A stretch of 64,000 bases of DNA, taken from contig JBILMH010000003.1 of NCBI GenBank assembly GCA_044375625.1, forward strand, positions 1,907 to 65,906, read 5' to 3'. This DNA comes from Alphaproteobacteria bacterium. GTDB taxonomy: Bacteria; Pseudomonadota; Alphaproteobacteria; CAISOG01. The notes below the pieces were generated by a model. That model saw only the letters and a list, made by a program, of their open reading frames with translations, did no database searches and was not told the DNA's origin. The position numbers and the translations under genes were made by a program. Within the stretch, counting starts at the first letter, position 1. Every line of letters begins with the position of its first letter. Of the stretch, positions 38,978-50,499 are shown piece after piece.

Positions 38978-40159
38978 GTGCCCATGCGTATTGCCCTCTA
39001 TACCCCGCTCAGCGATACATCAACTGAGGAAAGCATGCTGGACTGGCGTTGGTACCTGGCATGGCGCGACGCCTTGAACGCGTTGGGTATACAGATTGAA
39101 GAAGGTAGTGATTTTTGTACGCTTTATTCTGGGTTCCATAAATATCAACAAGACCGCATTCGCAGCTTAGCCCTTAGCCATGCTGACCGTTTGGCCAATC
39201 AATGGCTGGCGCGGTTACGCGACAAACGCCCGCAACTATGGATAACCCTTCAGCCCTATCATCAGGCGCCCGATTGGGTTGGGATGCATGTTTGCCAGGA
39301 GTTGCAGATACCCTATCTCTTGGTAAATCCTGCTGTTTTTCCCGAAGAAGTAAGCGGATTTTGGCGTGATGGTTATCAGCTAACCGTCGAGGCTATCGGC
39401 AAAGCCCGCAAGGTCATTACCCAGAGCGTTGAAAATCATGAGATGCTAAAAATGCTGATGATTACGGCTGAACAACGCGACAAATTGGTCTCATTAAAGC
39501 CTTTTATTGTTCCCGAAGAGTATATCGCTGCCCGCCACAACCATCATGCCAGCCGTCAGGAAGTTGCCAAGAAATTTCGTATGGATCCCAACAAAATTTG
39601 GTTGTTGGCGGTTGCCCCATTTCAATCTGGCTTGGTCATAGACAGCTTTAAGCTGCTAGCCGAAGGCCTGGCCATGATTAAGGATCCACCCTGGCAATTA
39701 ATGATTCTAGGCAGTGGTTCAAAATTGGATCTGGTGCGTGAGGCTTTTGCAGGGCTGCCTGCCCAAACAGTGTTTAGCTATAATGTTAGTGCCGATGCTG
39801 CCCATCATGGTTTTTTTGGCGCCGCTGATGTTTTCGTTTGGCCAGCACTGAACCCTGGTCAGAATTACGCCTTGCTTGAGGCCTTGGCGGCAGGATTGCC
39901 GACGGTCACTGGTAAGTCGCGTTTTAATCAGGAATTGATTGCCCCCAATCAAACGGGGCTGATTGTTAAAGATAATAATCCATGGGCTATGGCAGAGGGC
40001 ATCAGCCGATTGATTGAAAATCCAACCTTGCGCCAACAATTCTCCAAAGCTTCTATCGCCAAAGTTCAGGCTGATCATCACTACCGCCAGGCGTTGCCAA
40101 TTCTCAAAACCCTTTTTCAGCAATTGGTGCCCCCATCAGAGGCGCCCGTCAATCGCTAA
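38978..40159 (+). CDS. Glycosyltransferase family 4 (GT-B, group 1)
   Basis: C-terminal GT1 motif EALAAGLPTV...NQTGLIV. 393 aa. Confidence 0.75.
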   Translation: MPMRIALYTPLSDTSTEESMLDWRWYLAWRDALNALGIQIEEGSDFCTLYSGFHKYQQDRIRSLALSHADRLANQWLARLRDKRPQLWITLQPYHQAPDWVGMHVCQELQIPYLLVNPAVFPEEVSGFWRDGYQLTVEAIGKARKVITQSVENHEMLKMLMITAEQRDKLVSLKPFIVPEEYIAARHNHHASRQEVAKKFRMDPNKIWLLAVAPFQSGLVIDSFKLLAEGLAMIKDPPWQLMILGSGSKLDLVREAFAGLPAQTVFSYNVSADAAHHGFFGAADVFVWPALNPGQNYALLEALAAGLPTVTGKSRFNQELIAPNQTGLIVKDNNPWAMAEGISRLIENPTLRQQFSKASIAKVQADHHYRQALPILKTLFQQLVPPSEAPVNR

Positions 40160-40296
40160 GCCTGCCCAACCGACTGCCAAACGGAATGGTAGTTCAGCTA
40201 AAGAAAAAGGGCTAAAGGCGAAACCATCACCCTTAGCCCTTTATTCTGACAGAAGCCCCCTTCAAGATAACTTGTCAAAGGCCAACCTTGGTTTTG

Positions 40297-42423
40297 TTAG
40301 CCGGCTAGGCCAGCCAAAGCAGCCAACAGCAGCAACGCCACCACGTTGATAATCTTAATCATCGGATTAATTGCTGGGCCCGCGGTGTCCTTATAGGGAT
40401 CCCCAACGGTATCACCGGTAACGGCGGCTTTATGGGCATCCGAACCTTTGCCACCGTGATGGCCTTCTTCAATGTACTTTTTGGCATTGTCCCAGGCACC
40501 CCCACCGGCGGTCATCGAAATCGCCACGAACAGACCCGTTACGATCGTGCCCATCAGCATCGCCCCAACCGTGGTCAGCGCAGCGGTTTGGCCACCAATT
40601 TGGTTGATGATGATGTACACCAGGATGGGTGACAGCACGGGCAGCAGGGATGGGGCAACCATCTCTTTAATCGCGGTTTTGGTCAAAATATCCACCGCAC
40701 GGGCGTAGTCAGGCTTCGCCTTACGCTCCATAATTCCAGGAATCTCCTGAAACTGACGACGAACTTCCATCACGATGACGGATCCTGCCCGCCCGACCGC
40801 GGTCATGGCCATGCCGCCAAACAGATAGGGCAGCATACCGCCCAGGAACAGGCCGATTACCACATAGGGGTTTTGCAGGGCAAAGGTGATATCCAAGCTG
40901 GGGAAGTAGTGCCGCAAATCCTCCGTATAGGCGACGAACAGCACCAACGCGGCCAGGCCGGCGGAGCCAATCGCGTAACCCTTGGTCACGGCCTTGGTGG
41001 TGTTGCCAACCGCATCCAGGGCGTCGGTAACCTCACGAACTTCGCCAGGCAAGCCCGACATTTCGGCAATACCGCCAGCGTTATCGGTGACGGGACCATA
41101 GGCATCCAAGGCCACGATCATGCCCGACAAGGCCAACATGGTTACCGCGGCAATCGCAATCCCAAACATGCCCGCATTCAAAAAGGACACCAGAATCGCC
41201 AGGCTGATAATCAGCACGGGCATGGCGGTTGCCTCCATCGATACGGCCAAGCCCTGAATCACGTTGGTACCGTGACCCGTGGTGCTAGCCTGGGCAATCG
41301 AGTGAACAGGGCGGAACGCGGTTGAGGTGTAGTATTCGGTTACCCAAACCAACAATCCCGTAACCACCAACCCGACCAGTGAGCATTGGTATAGGTGAGC
41401 CAGGGTTACCAGGCGGCCACCAATATCAAAGGAGGCACCAGCACCAAATAGCTTTTCAAGAACCACATAGATTCCCACTGCGGACAAAATGCCCGTCACC
41501 GCCAACCCCTTATACAGGGCGCGCATGATTTTTTTGCTGCCATCCAGGCGCACAAAAAAGGTACCGATTAGTGAGGCAATCAGGCAGACGGCGGTAATCG
41601 CCAACGGCAACAGCATCATTTTGTGCAACAACAGGGCGTCACTGACAAAGTAAATGCCCGCCAACAACATGGCCGCCACAATCGTCACCGCATTGGTTTC
41701 GAACAGGTCAGCCGCCATCCCCGCACAGTCCCCAACATTGTCACCAACGCTGTCGGCAATCGCCGCGGGGTTGCGCGCATCATCCTCAGGGATGTTCAGC
41801 TCAATCTTACCAACCATATCACCACCAACATCGGCGCCCTTGGTAAAGATACCGCCGCCCAAACGGGCGAAGATGGAGATTAGGGATGCCCCAAAGCTAA
41901 GGCCAATCAGCGATTCTGCCAGTTTGCGTGAACCAATCGTCCCCGCCCCCTGCAACCCATGCAGATACAGGTAGTAGGCCGCTACCGCCAACAGCGAAAA
42001 GGCAACCACCAGCATGCCGGTAATCGCACCCGCGCGAAAAGCGATGCTGAGCCCTGCACCCAACCCATGGCGAGATGCCTCCGCCGTGCGCACATTGGCG
42101 CGCACCGACACATTCATCCCGATATAGCCCGCCAAGCCCGATAACACAGCGCCCAGCACGTAACCAACCGTCGGGTAGATTCCCAACAAACCATAGATGA
42201 TGGCACCAACCACCACACCCACAATGCCGATGGTGCGGTATTGACGGTTCAGATAGGCCGAGGCTCCCTCCTGAATCGCGGCGGCAATTTCCTGCATCGC
42301 GCTGTTGCCTGGCGATGAGGCCAGCACCGAACGGGCGGTTAAAACGGCGTACAGCAATGCCAGGGCACAGCTGCCAAAAATCAACAACAGGCTTAATTGG
42401 TTAACATCCGTCATGATATTCAT
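40297..42423 (-). CDS. hppA: Membrane-bound H+-translocating pyrophosphatase
   Basis: V-PPase signatures ([37 protein letters not shown]), about 16 TM, 708 aa. Confidence 0.9.
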   Translation of the reverse strand: MNIMTDVNQLSLLLIFGSCALALLYAVLTARSVLASSPGNSAMQEIAAAIQEGASAYLNRQYRTIGIVGVVVGAIIYGLLGIYPTVGYVLGAVLSGLAGYIGMNVSVRANVRTAEASRHGLGAGLSIAFRAGAITGMLVVAFSLLAVAAYYLYLHGLQGAGTIGSRKLAESLIGLSFGASLISIFARLGGGIFTKGADVGGDMVGKIELNIPEDDARNPAAIADSVGDNVGDCAGMAADLFETNAVTIVAAMLLAGIYFVSDALLLHKMMLLPLAITAVCLIASLIGTFFVRLDGSKKIMRALYKGLAVTGILSAVGIYVVLEKLFGAGASFDIGGRLVTLAHLYQCSLVGLVVTGLLVWVTEYYTSTAFRPVHSIAQASTTGHGTNVIQGLAVSMEATAMPVLIISLAILVSFLNAGMFGIAIAAVTMLALSGMIVALDAYGPVTDNAGGIAEMSGLPGEVREVTDALDAVGNTTKAVTKGYAIGSAGLAALVLFVAYTEDLRHYFPSLDITFALQNPYVVIGLFLGGMLPYLFGGMAMTAVGRAGSVIVMEVRRQFQEIPGIMERKAKPDYARAVDILTKTAIKEMVAPSLLPVLSPILVYIIINQIGGQTAALTTVGAMLMGTIVTGLFVAISMTAGGGAWDNAKKYIEEGHHGGKGSDAHKAAVTGDTVGDPYKDTAGPAINPMIKIINVVALLLLAALAGLAG

Positions 42424-42476
42424 GATGATTTGATCCTCGTCAAAGGGTAGGGGGAAGGTGTAAAGAATGGGGCAGT

Positions 42477-43610
42477 CTAAAAACTGTTGGCGGTTTTGGC
42501 AAGGGCTTGCAGCAGGCGGTCGTTTTCCTCGGGCGATCCCACCGTTACCCGCACCGCGTTGGCCAGGTCAGCGCTGCGGTTGCGGGCGATAACTCCCCCA
42601 CTTTGGCACCGCGCCATAAAGGCCGCCGCGTCGGTGGTTTGCAGCAGCAGGAAGTTGCCACAGCTGGGAAATACCGTCAGCACGGCGGGATCCTGCGCCA
42701 TCGCTGCCGCCAGCCGTTGCCGCTGTTCCACCAACACCGCCCGCCGCTGCCGCGCCAGCTCTAAACCCGCGGGCGACAAGGCCTCCAGCGCCACCGCAAT
42801 CGTCGGCGCGGAGAGCGGATAGGCGGGCAGAACGCCGGCCAGCTTAGCAATCAGGCGGGCATCGGCGATTAACGCCCCCAACCGCGCCCCCGCCAGCCCA
42901 TAGGATTTGGACAGGGTGCGCATCACCATCAGATTGGGATAGTCGGCCAGGCGCGCTGCCCAACTGGGCTGACCCGTAAACTCCTGATAGGCCTCATCAA
43001 TCACCACCATCGCCCGCTGGCTTAGGCCATCCAGCAGCCTGGTCAGCTGGCCATCATCCATCAGATGCCCCATCGGCGCGTTGGGGTTGGGGATAATCAG
43101 CAGTTTTTCGTGCGCCTGCCACCCCCCCAAAATCGCTTCAACATCCAAATCATAGCCATGATCGGGGCGCAGCCGCACCATCCGCACGGGGGAGGCGTTG
43201 ATGGCGGCGTGAATCTGGTAAATCGCAAAGGTTGGCGGGCACAGCACCACCCCATCCTGCCCCGATTGGCAAAAGCTGCGGATCAACAGGTCGGGAATCT
43301 CCTCACTCCCGCGGGTCATCAGTATTTGATCCGCCCCAACCCCATACAGCTTGGCCAGCTGGTCGCGCAACGCCTGCGGCTGCGGGTCGGGATAACGATT
43401 GCTGTGGCAGCTGGCGGCAAAATCGCCATAGGGCGGCCACGGGCTTTCGTTCGCATCCAGCCAGACCAGCGGTTGGCCGCTAGCATTCGCCGTCAGCCCC
43501 ACCGATTCCCCCCGCGCCGAGCTGAACGGCACCAGATCACGAATGGCGGGACGCAGCAGCGACAGCGGGTCAAAACGGTTGGTGGGGGTGGCTGAAGAAG
43601 GGGCAGGCAA
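42477..43610 (-). CDS. Class-II PLP aminotransferase of the HisC/CobD family
   Basis: NRYPDP motif and a PLP-lysine region ([13 protein letters not shown]). 377 aa. Specificity not determinable from sequence. Confidence 0.65.
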   Translation of the reverse strand: MPAPSSATPTNRFDPLSLLRPAIRDLVPFSSARGESVGLTANASGQPLVWLDANESPWPPYGDFAASCHSNRYPDPQPQALRDQLAKLYGVGADQILMTRGSEEIPDLLIRSFCQSGQDGVVLCPPTFAIYQIHAAINASPVRMVRLRPDHGYDLDVEAILGGWQAHEKLLIIPNPNAPMGHLMDDGQLTRLLDGLSQRAMVVIDEAYQEFTGQPSWAARLADYPNLMVMRTLSKSYGLAGARLGALIADARLIAKLAGVLPAYPLSAPTIAVALEALSPAGLELARQRRAVLVEQRQRLAAAMAQDPAVLTVFPSCGNFLLLQTTDAAAFMARCQSGGVIARNRSADLANAVRVTVGSPEENDRLLQALAKTANSF

Positions 43611-43614
43611 AGGG

Positions 43615-44697
43615 CTAATCCTTACGGCTGAGGGCGGTGGGGTTGATGGTGGCGGACATCGCCAACATCCGCTCCAACGGCTTGGCAGCGGCCAGGCGCA
43701 ACGGCTCTGGCAGCTCGATACGCGGGTTGCGGCTGACCATGCAGCGGTACAGTTTTTCCAGCGTGTTCATGGCCATATAGGGGCAGTTGTTGCAGCTGCA
43801 GCTGCCATCCACGCCCGGCGCGCCGATTAAGGTTTTATCAGGTGCGGCCTTACGCATTTGGTGCAGGATGTGGGATTCGGTGGCGATGATGATGGTGTCG
43901 GCGGGGCTGGCCTTAACCCGCGCCAGCAGCTGGGCGGTGGAGCCGATAAAATCGGCATAGGCCAAAATCTCCTCAGGGCATTCGGGGTGCGCCAACACCT
44001 CGGCACCTGGATGGCGAACCCGCAATTGCACCAATTCCCGCTCAGAAAACTGCAAATGGACGATACAGCTGCCCGGCCACAGGGTCAGCTGCCGCCCGGT
44101 TTGGCGCGCCACCCACGATCCCAAATGGCGGTCGGGGGCAAACAAAATCGGCTTATCGGCGGGCAGCTGGTTGACAATCGCCACCGCGTTGCTGGAGGTG
44201 ACGATGACGTCCGACAACGCCTTAACCTCCGCGCTGCAATTGATATAGGTCACGGCGATATGGTCGGGGTGGGCGGCGCGAAAGGCGCGAAACTGATCGG
44301 GTGGGCAACTGCTTTCCAAGCTGCATCCCGCCCGCAAATCGGGCAGCAGCACCAGCCGTTGGGGGCTAAGAATCTTGGCTACCTCCGCCATAAAACGCAC
44401 GCCGCAAAACACAATCACATCGGCATCGGTGGCGGCGGCTTTGCGGGATAGATCCAAACTGTCGCCAACATAATCGGCCAAATCCTGAATCTCACCATCC
44501 TGATAATAATGCGCCAAAATGACCGCGTTCATCTGTTGCTTTAGGGCGGTGATGGCGGCGGGCAGGTCGTGCGGCAAACCCGCCGTTAAGGCGGTAGCAA
44601 TACCAGCAGATTGAGCCGGTTGGATAAGCGTGGACGAATCAGGCATCATCAGCCTTATGTAAGCCTTTTTGCCGCCAATGGCTATGGGATCGGGCAA
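43615..44697 (-). CDS. nadA: Quinolinate synthase
   Basis: NadA motifs ([24 protein letters not shown]). Start may be the internal ATG at 44646. Confidence 0.85.
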   Translation of the reverse strand: MPDPIAIGGKKAYIRLMMPDSSTLIQPAQSAGIATALTAGLPHDLPAAITALKQQMNAVILAHYYQDGEIQDLADYVGDSLDLSRKAAATDADVIVFCGVRFMAEVAKILSPQRLVLLPDLRAGCSLESSCPPDQFRAFRAAHPDHIAVTYINCSAEVKALSDVIVTSSNAVAIVNQLPADKPILFAPDRHLGSWVARQTGRQLTLWPGSCIVHLQFSERELVQLRVRHPGAEVLAHPECPEEILAYADFIGSTAQLLARVKASPADTIIIATESHILHQMRKAAPDKTLIGAPGVDGSCSCNNCPYMAMNTLEKLYRCMVSRNPRIELPEPLRLAAAKPLERMLAMSATINPTALSRKD

Positions 44698-44909
44698 AAT
44701 TTCTGTGAATATCCCGCCTCTTTTTTTTGCTGGAAAGGCATTTTGATGCTATGCCAGGGGGCGAGGGCAAGGCCAGGAAAAAGCCAGATCGAAGCTAAAA
44801 CGGCTAAGATTGCCAATCGGTTCGGCGGCTGGTATAACATGGCCATTCTTCGATGGGCGGTTCCGTCCTTTATCCCATAAGCCCGTGTCCCCAAAGGAAC
44901 AAAAGCCTG

Positions 44910-46058
44910 ATGAAACTTGCTATTCTGACCGAACGTCGCCCTGATGAAACCCGCGTGGCGGCAACCCCTGATACCGTCAAAAAATATGTCGATATGGGCA
45001 TGACCGTTGTGGTTGAATCCGGGGCAGGTGCCCATGCCAATTTCAGTGATGGGCTGTATCAGTCGGCAGGTGCCAGCGTGGTAGGCGATTTTGCCAGCGC
45101 GCTGCAGGGGGCGGATCTGGTGCTTAAGGTGCAACGCCCGCTGGGTGGTAAGGAGTCGCAGGCGCGTGCCGTTGATGAGCTGGCCGCCTTTAAGCAGGGC
45201 GCGGTGCTGGTCGGGGCGCTGAACCCCTATCAGGCTAAAGATGCCTTTCCCCTGTACAACGCGCGGCAGATTTCGGCCTTTGCGATGGAATTGATGCCAC
45301 GGATTACCCGTGCCCAAAGCATGGACGTGTTGTCTAGCCAGGCCAATCTGGCGGGTTATAAGGCGGTGTTGGACGCGGCGGCGGTCTATGATCGCGCCAT
45401 CCCAATGATGATGACGGCGGCGGGTACTATTGCCCCCGCCCGCGTGTTGGTGTTGGGCGCTGGGGTGGCAGGGTTGCAGGCGATCGCCACCGCCCGCCGT
45501 AACGGCGCAATCGTGTCGGCCTTTGATGTGCGTGCCGCCGCGAAGGAACAGGTGCAAAGCCTGGGTGCCAGCTTTGTGGAGGTTGAGGCAGCGGCCGATG
45601 CGGAAACCAGCGGCGGTTATGCCAAAGAGGTGGATGAGGATTACAAAAAACGCCAAAGCGCCAAAATTCACGAAACCCTGAAGAAAATCGACATTGCCAT
45701 CTGCACCGCGCTGATTCCTGGGCGGCCAGCCCCCATGCTGATTACTGAGGAAATGGTGCGCGACATGCGGCCAGGCTCGGTCATTGTCGATCTGGCGGTG
45801 GAAAGCGGCGGCAATTGCGCTATTTCGCAGGCCAATGAGGTGGTGACGGCCTATGGGGTAAAGGTGGTGGCTTATCGCAACGTGCCCGCCCGCCTGCCGC
45901 AGGATGCCAGCGCGCTGTACGCCAAAAACCTGCTGAATTTTGTTGGCCTGCTTTGGGATAAACAGGCTAAGCAGTTGGCCTGGGACAGCGCGGATGAGAT
46001 TATCAAATCGACGCTGTTGACCCAAAATGGCGTTACTGTTCACGGCAATTTTGCATAA
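44910..46058 (+). CDS. pntAA: NAD(P) transhydrogenase alpha subunit part 1 (PntAA)
   Basis: AlaDH/PNT N-terminal and NAD-binding domains (VLGAGVAGLQA). Start chosen at MKLAILTE. Confidence 0.85.
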   Translation: MKLAILTERRPDETRVAATPDTVKKYVDMGMTVVVESGAGAHANFSDGLYQSAGASVVGDFASALQGADLVLKVQRPLGGKESQARAVDELAAFKQGAVLVGALNPYQAKDAFPLYNARQISAFAMELMPRITRAQSMDVLSSQANLAGYKAVLDAAAVYDRAIPMMMTAAGTIAPARVLVLGAGVAGLQAIATARRNGAIVSAFDVRAAAKEQVQSLGASFVEVEAAADAETSGGYAKEVDEDYKKRQSAKIHETLKKIDIAICTALIPGRPAPMLITEEMVRDMRPGSVIVDLAVESGGNCAISQANEVVTAYGVKVVAYRNVPARLPQDASALYAKNLLNFVGLLWDKQAKQLAWDSADEIIKSTLLTQNGVTVHGNFA

Positions 46059-46064
46059 TTTTTT

Positions 46065-46511
46065 TTGGAAGAGGGGATCGTTGCGATGAATCAAACCATT
46101 TTGGCTGACCAAGCCGCCAACCTGGTCAGTACGGCGCAAAAGCTGGCCACTGAGGCCAATATCCTGGCGCAGACCGCCGCCGATCAGGCCTTGGCCGCCG
46201 CTAGTGCCGCCGCTGGCGCTGCGGGCGGCAACAGCGTGCTGATCATGGGCATCACCACCCTGGTGTTGGCCTGTTTCGTGGGCTATTATGTGATTTGGCG
46301 GGTAACCCCCGCCCTGCATTCCCCGCTGATGGCGGTCACCAATGCGATTTCCAGCGTTATTATTGTCGGCGCGATTTTTGCGGCGGGGCTGGAATCTTTT
46401 AGCTTTTCCAAAGTCTTAGGCTTTCTGGCGGTGGTGTTGGCTTCGGTCAATATCTTCGGCGGCTTCGCGGTGACCAGCCGCATGCTGCAAATGTTTAAGA
46501 AAAATCGTTAA
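46065..46511 (+). CDS. pntAB: NAD(P) transhydrogenase alpha subunit part 2 (PntAB, membrane)
   Basis: Small 4-TM protein between pntAA and pntB, the split-alpha arrangement typical of alphaproteobacteria. Confidence 0.8.
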   Translation: MEEGIVAMNQTILADQAANLVSTAQKLATEANILAQTAADQALAAASAAAGAAGGNSVLIMGITTLVLACFVGYYVIWRVTPALHSPLMAVTNAISSVIIVGAIFAAGLESFSFSKVLGFLAVVLASVNIFGGFAVTSRMLQMFKKNR

Positions 46512-46539
46512 TTTTTTTGCTTTTTAGGGATTACGTCTG

Positions 46540-47940
46540 ATGTCTGCTGATTTAGCCGCGCTGCTCTACCTGGGTGCCGCCATTCTGTTTATTTTGTCGT
46601 TGCAGGGGCTCTCCTCCCCCGTGTCATCGCGGCGCGGCAACCAATACGGTATGATCGGGATGCTGATTGCGATTTTAACCGCAATGGCGCAGACGGGCAG
46701 CCAGAGTTGGGTGATTGCTGGGATCGCGATTGGCGGCACCATCGGTATCGTTATCGCCAAAAAAATTGCCATGACGGCTTTGCCTCAGCTGGTTGCGGGC
46801 TTTCACAGCCTGGTTGGCTTGGCGGCGGTTTTTGTGGCGGCGGCGGCTTTTTATGCGCCCCATGCTTTTGGCCTTGGCGCGGTCGGCAATATTCACACCG
46901 CCAGCTTGATTGAGATGGGATTGGGGTTGGCGGTTGGTGCCATCACCTTTACCGGATCGGTGGTGGCCTTTGCCAAATTGCAGGGCATTATGGGCAGCAA
47001 GCCATTAAACTTCAAAGCCCAGCATTTGCTGAACGCCCTGTTGGGTGCGGCCGTCGTGCTGCTTATTCTGTTGTTTGTGCTAAACCAAAGCCCGCTGCTG
47101 TTTTGGCTGTTGGTGTTGGCCTCATTGGCTTTAGGGTTTTTCCTGATTACTCCGATTGGTGGCGCCGACATGCCGGTGGTGGTGTCGATGCTGAACTCCT
47201 ACTCCGGCTGGGCGGCCTGCGGCATTGGTTTTACCCTGCACAACAATCTGCTGATCGTCACCGGTGCCCTGGTTGGATCCTCAGGGGCGATTCTTAGCTA
47301 TATCATGTGTAAGGGGATGAACCGTTCGATCTTTAACGTCATCCTGGGCGGTTTTGGCAGCGATGCGGGCAGCGGCGGCGGCACAGCGGTGCAGGGCGAC
47401 GGTAGCCAGCGTGCCTTTAAGACGGGCAGCGCTGAGGATGCAGGCTTTATGATGAAAAACGCCCGCAAGGTGATCATCGTGCCGGGCTATGGCATGGCGG
47501 TGGCGCAGGCGCAACATGCCCTGCGCGAGATGGCCGATCTGTTGAAGGCTGAGGGGGTTGAGGTGAAATACGCCATTCACCCCGTCGCAGGGCGGATGCC
47601 TGGCCATATGAACGTGCTGCTGGCTGAGGCCAACGTGCCCTATGATGAGGTTTTTGAGCTGGAGGAGATTAACCGCGAGTTTGCCACCGCCGATGTTGCC
47701 TTTGTCATTGGGGCGAATGACGTGACCAATCCCGCTGCCAAAACCGATACCACCAGCCCGATTTACGGCATGCCTGTCTTGGATGTCGATCTGGCTAAGG
47801 CGGTGTTGTTTGTGAAACGCAGTATGGCCGCGGGCTACGCCGGTGTTGATAACCCTTTGTTCTATCAAGATAACACCTACATGCTGTTTGGCGATGCCAA
47901 AAAAGTCTGTGAAGAGGTGGTGAAGGCGATGAACAGCTAA
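46540..47940 (+). CDS. pntB: NAD(P) transhydrogenase beta subunit
   Basis: N-terminal TM domain and a C-terminal dIII NADP(H)-binding domain (GYGMAVAQAQH...HPVAGRMPGHMNVLLAEA). Confidence 0.9.
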   Translation: MSADLAALLYLGAAILFILSLQGLSSPVSSRRGNQYGMIGMLIAILTAMAQTGSQSWVIAGIAIGGTIGIVIAKKIAMTALPQLVAGFHSLVGLAAVFVAAAAFYAPHAFGLGAVGNIHTASLIEMGLGLAVGAITFTGSVVAFAKLQGIMGSKPLNFKAQHLLNALLGAAVVLLILLFVLNQSPLLFWLLVLASLALGFFLITPIGGADMPVVVSMLNSYSGWAACGIGFTLHNNLLIVTGALVGSSGAILSYIMCKGMNRSIFNVILGGFGSDAGSGGGTAVQGDGSQRAFKTGSAEDAGFMMKNARKVIIVPGYGMAVAQAQHALREMADLLKAEGVEVKYAIHPVAGRMPGHMNVLLAEANVPYDEVFELEEINREFATADVAFVIGANDVTNPAAKTDTTSPIYGMPVLDVDLAKAVLFVKRSMAAGYAGVDNPLFYQDNTYMLFGDAKKVCEEVVKAMNS

Positions 47941-48320
47941 CCGTTGTTCCCTTTGGCCGCAGTTTTGATGACAGCACCAGGATTCGTGCTATCGCCCGCA
48001 AAAATTGGCTATTGATGGCTTTTTAGCGCCGCGTGGCTATGAGGTGCTGGAACTGCCAACGGGGCAGGGGTTGCTGATTAAGTAGGCGCGCCTCCCTTCG
48101 TCTTCGCTCCCAATTTTCTATTTTCGAGTGTGGTTACCCCCCACCGAATCGCTAACGCGATCCGACTCCCCCGCAGGGGTGGAGTGTTCTCCTCTTTTTT
48201 TCCTGACGGCTTTTGGGAAAACACCCAGAAGTTCCCCCTCCACCTGCGGGAGGGGGTCAGGGGGCGGGGTAAGAATAGAGGGGGCGGAGTAGGAAAAGGG
48301 GCGGGCAACCGCATCCCCAA

Positions 48321-48362
48321 AACAAAAAAAGGGGGACAGCCTTTGCAGACCATCCCCCCTCT
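48321..48362 (-). terminator. Rho-independent terminator downstream of groEL (minus strand stem GGGGGA/TCCCCC followed by U7)
   Basis: Plus strand reads aaaaaaagggggacagcctttgcagaccatcccccc. On the minus strand the stem-loop is followed by TTTTTTT. Confidence 0.45.
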
Positions 48363-48405
48363 TTCTCGTTTTTCGATGCCTGGTGTAGCAGTCGAGCGTT
48401 ACGGA

Positions 48406-50052
48406 TTAGAAATCCATGTCGCCCATACCGCCCATGCCACCCTGACCACCGCCAGCGGCAGCTTTCTTCTCAGGAAGATCGGCCACCATGGCCTCGGTGG
48501 TGATCAGCAGACCCGCTACCGATGCAGCGTTTTGCAAGGCCAAACGCACCACCTTGGTTGGGTCGATGATACCGGCCTTGACCATATCGCCATACTCATT
48601 GGTTTGGGCGTTGTAGCCAAAGGCACCATCCTTGCTCTCGCTGATTTTGCCAACCACCACCGCGCCATCAACACCAGCGTTTTCGGCGATTTGACGGGTT
48701 GGGTAGGTCAGGGCGCGACGAATAATGTCGATGCCGACCCGTTGGTCATCATTGGCAAATTTCAGGCCGTCCAGCACTTTCAGGGCGTAGAGGTATGAGA
48801 TGCCGCCCCCTGGGACGATCCCTTCCTCCACCGCGGCGCGGGTAGCGTACATCGCATCTTCAACGCGATCTTTACGTTCCTTAACCTCAGCTTCGGTGGC
48901 GCCACCAACGCGAATCACCGCAACCCCGCCAGCCAATTTGGCCAGACGTTCTTGCAATTTTTCGCGATCATAGTCGGAATTGGTATCCTTGGCCTGCTCA
49001 CGAATTTGGTTGCAGCGCGCTTCGATTTCTTTCTTGTCGCCTGCCCCTTCAATAATCGTGGTGTCATCCTTGGTAATCAGCACCCGTTTGGCGGTACCCA
49101 GCATGGCCAGGGTCACGTTTTCCAGTTTGATGCCGATGTCTTCGCTGACCAGCTGACCTTTGGTCAGGATGGCAATGTCTTCCAACATCGCCTTACGACG
49201 GTCACCAAAGCCAGGAGCCTTCACCGCAGCAACCTTCAGGCCACCACGCAGCTTGTTGACAACCAGGGTGGCCAGGGCTTCCCCCTCAACATCCTCAGCG
49301 ATGATCAGCAGGGGACGACCCGACTGCACCACTGCTTCCAACACAGGAAGAATGGGTTGCAGGCTGGACAGTTTTTTCTCGTGAATCAGGATAAAGGGAT
49401 TCTCCAGCTCACACAGCATTTTTTCGGCGTTGGTCACAAAGTAAGGTGACAGAAAACCGCGGTCAAACTGCATCCCTTCCACCACATCCAATTCGGTGAC
49501 CAGGCTTTTGGCTTCTTCGATGGTGATAACACCCTCATTGCCAACCTTTTCCATGGCCTGCGCCAGCATCCGACCAATGTCGGTGTCACCATTAGCAGAA
49601 ATGGTGCCAACCCGCTCAATATCTTGAGAATTGGTCACTTTTTTGGAACGGTTTTGGATATCAGCAACCACCGCTTCCACGGCAATGTCGATCCCACGTT
49701 TCAGATCCATGGGGTTCAGGCCAGCCGCAACCGCTTTGGCGCCTTCACGGAAAATGGCATGAGCCAGCACAGTGGCGGTGGTGGTACCATCACCGGCAAC
49801 ATCGGCGGTCTTGCTGGCCACCGATTTCACCAATTGGGCACCCATGTTTTCGAACTTGTCCTTAAATTCAGCGGCCGCTTTCGCCACCTTTACCCCATCT
49901 TTGGTGATTTCGGGATCGCCAAAACCTTTTTCGAGCAGCACGTTGCGCCCTTTGGGTCCAAGCGTTACGGCAACTGCACCCGCCAGGGTGTCAATACCAC
50001 GCGCCACACGGGCACGGGCTTCATTGCCTCTAATTACTTCTTTTGCAGCCAT
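48406..50052 (-). CDS. groL: Chaperonin GroEL
   Basis: Unmistakable GroEL sequence ([20 protein letters not shown]-terminal GGMGGM repeat). Confidence 0.95.
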   Translation of the reverse strand: MAAKEVIRGNEARARVARGIDTLAGAVAVTLGPKGRNVLLEKGFGDPEITKDGVKVAKAAAEFKDKFENMGAQLVKSVASKTADVAGDGTTTATVLAHAIFREGAKAVAAGLNPMDLKRGIDIAVEAVVADIQNRSKKVTNSQDIERVGTISANGDTDIGRMLAQAMEKVGNEGVITIEEAKSLVTELDVVEGMQFDRGFLSPYFVTNAEKMLCELENPFILIHEKKLSSLQPILPVLEAVVQSGRPLLIIAEDVEGEALATLVVNKLRGGLKVAAVKAPGFGDRRKAMLEDIAILTKGQLVSEDIGIKLENVTLAMLGTAKRVLITKDDTTIIEGAGDKKEIEARCNQIREQAKDTNSDYDREKLQERLAKLAGGVAVIRVGGATEAEVKERKDRVEDAMYATRAAVEEGIVPGGGISYLYALKVLDGLKFANDDQRVGIDIIRRALTYPTRQIAENAGVDGAVVVGKISESKDGAFGYNAQTNEYGDMVKAGIIDPTKVVRLALQNAASVAGLLITTEAMVADLPEKKAAAGGGQGGMGGMGDMDF

Positions 50053-50080
50053 AATGGTTACTCCTAGTTAAATAAAATTG

Positions 50081-50410
50081 TTAAGCGGCTTTTTTGATCA
50101 AAGCGGGATCGGTGGTGATGCCCAGAACGTCAGATTCCTTCATGATGATGAAGTCTTCGCTGTCCAATTTGACTTCGGTGCCTGACCATTTGCCAAACAC
50201 GATGTAATCCCCTGTTTTCACATCCAATGGGGTACGTTTGCCTTCGTCATTGTAAACACCGGGGCCAACCGCGATGACTTCGCCGATTTGTGGCTTTTCT
50301 TTTGCGCTGTCGGGAATGATGATCCCGCCCTTGGTTTTTTCTTGTTCCTCAATCCGGCGCACCAAAATGCGGTCGCCGAGCGGATTGAACGCTACAGTGG
50401 AAGCTGCCAT
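50081..50410 (-). CDS. groS: Co-chaperonin GroES
   Basis: GroES fold (LGDRILVRR...GGIIIPD...GEVIAVGPG). Start taken at MAASTV. Confidence 0.9.
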   Translation of the reverse strand: MAASTVAFNPLGDRILVRRIEEQEKTKGGIIIPDSAKEKPQIGEVIAVGPGVYNDEGKRTPLDVKTGDYIVFGKWSGTEVKLDSEDFIIMKESDVLGITTDPALIKKAA

Positions 50411-50442
50411 GTCTGACCTCATACTTTTCTAAAAAATTGAAT

Positions 50443-50469
50443 TTAGCACTCTTCTTGCGAGAGTGATTG
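50443..50469. promoter_or_regulatory. CIRCE-like HrcA operator (TTAGCACTC-N9-GAGTGATTG), one consensus half-site and one degenerate
   Basis: Left half matches the TTAGCACTC consensus 9/9, the spacer is 9 nt, and the right half matches about 6/9. Located in the groES 5' leader. Confidence 0.5.
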
Positions 50470-50470
50470 A

Positions 50471-50499
50471 CAGATAGGATTCGATCACCACGGTGTCAA
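50471..50499 (-). promoter_or_regulatory. Sigma70-like promoter for groESL (minus strand TTGACA-N17-TATCTG)
   Basis: The reverse complement of 50471-50499 gives TTGACA, 17 nt, then TATCTG, just upstream of the CIRCE element. Confidence 0.35.

Noticed and set aside
44682-46319. 545-aa minus-strand ORF
   Set aside because: Antisense to the well-supported pntAA gene. His/Gly/Arg-rich nonsense composition typical of a GC-rich antisense frame.
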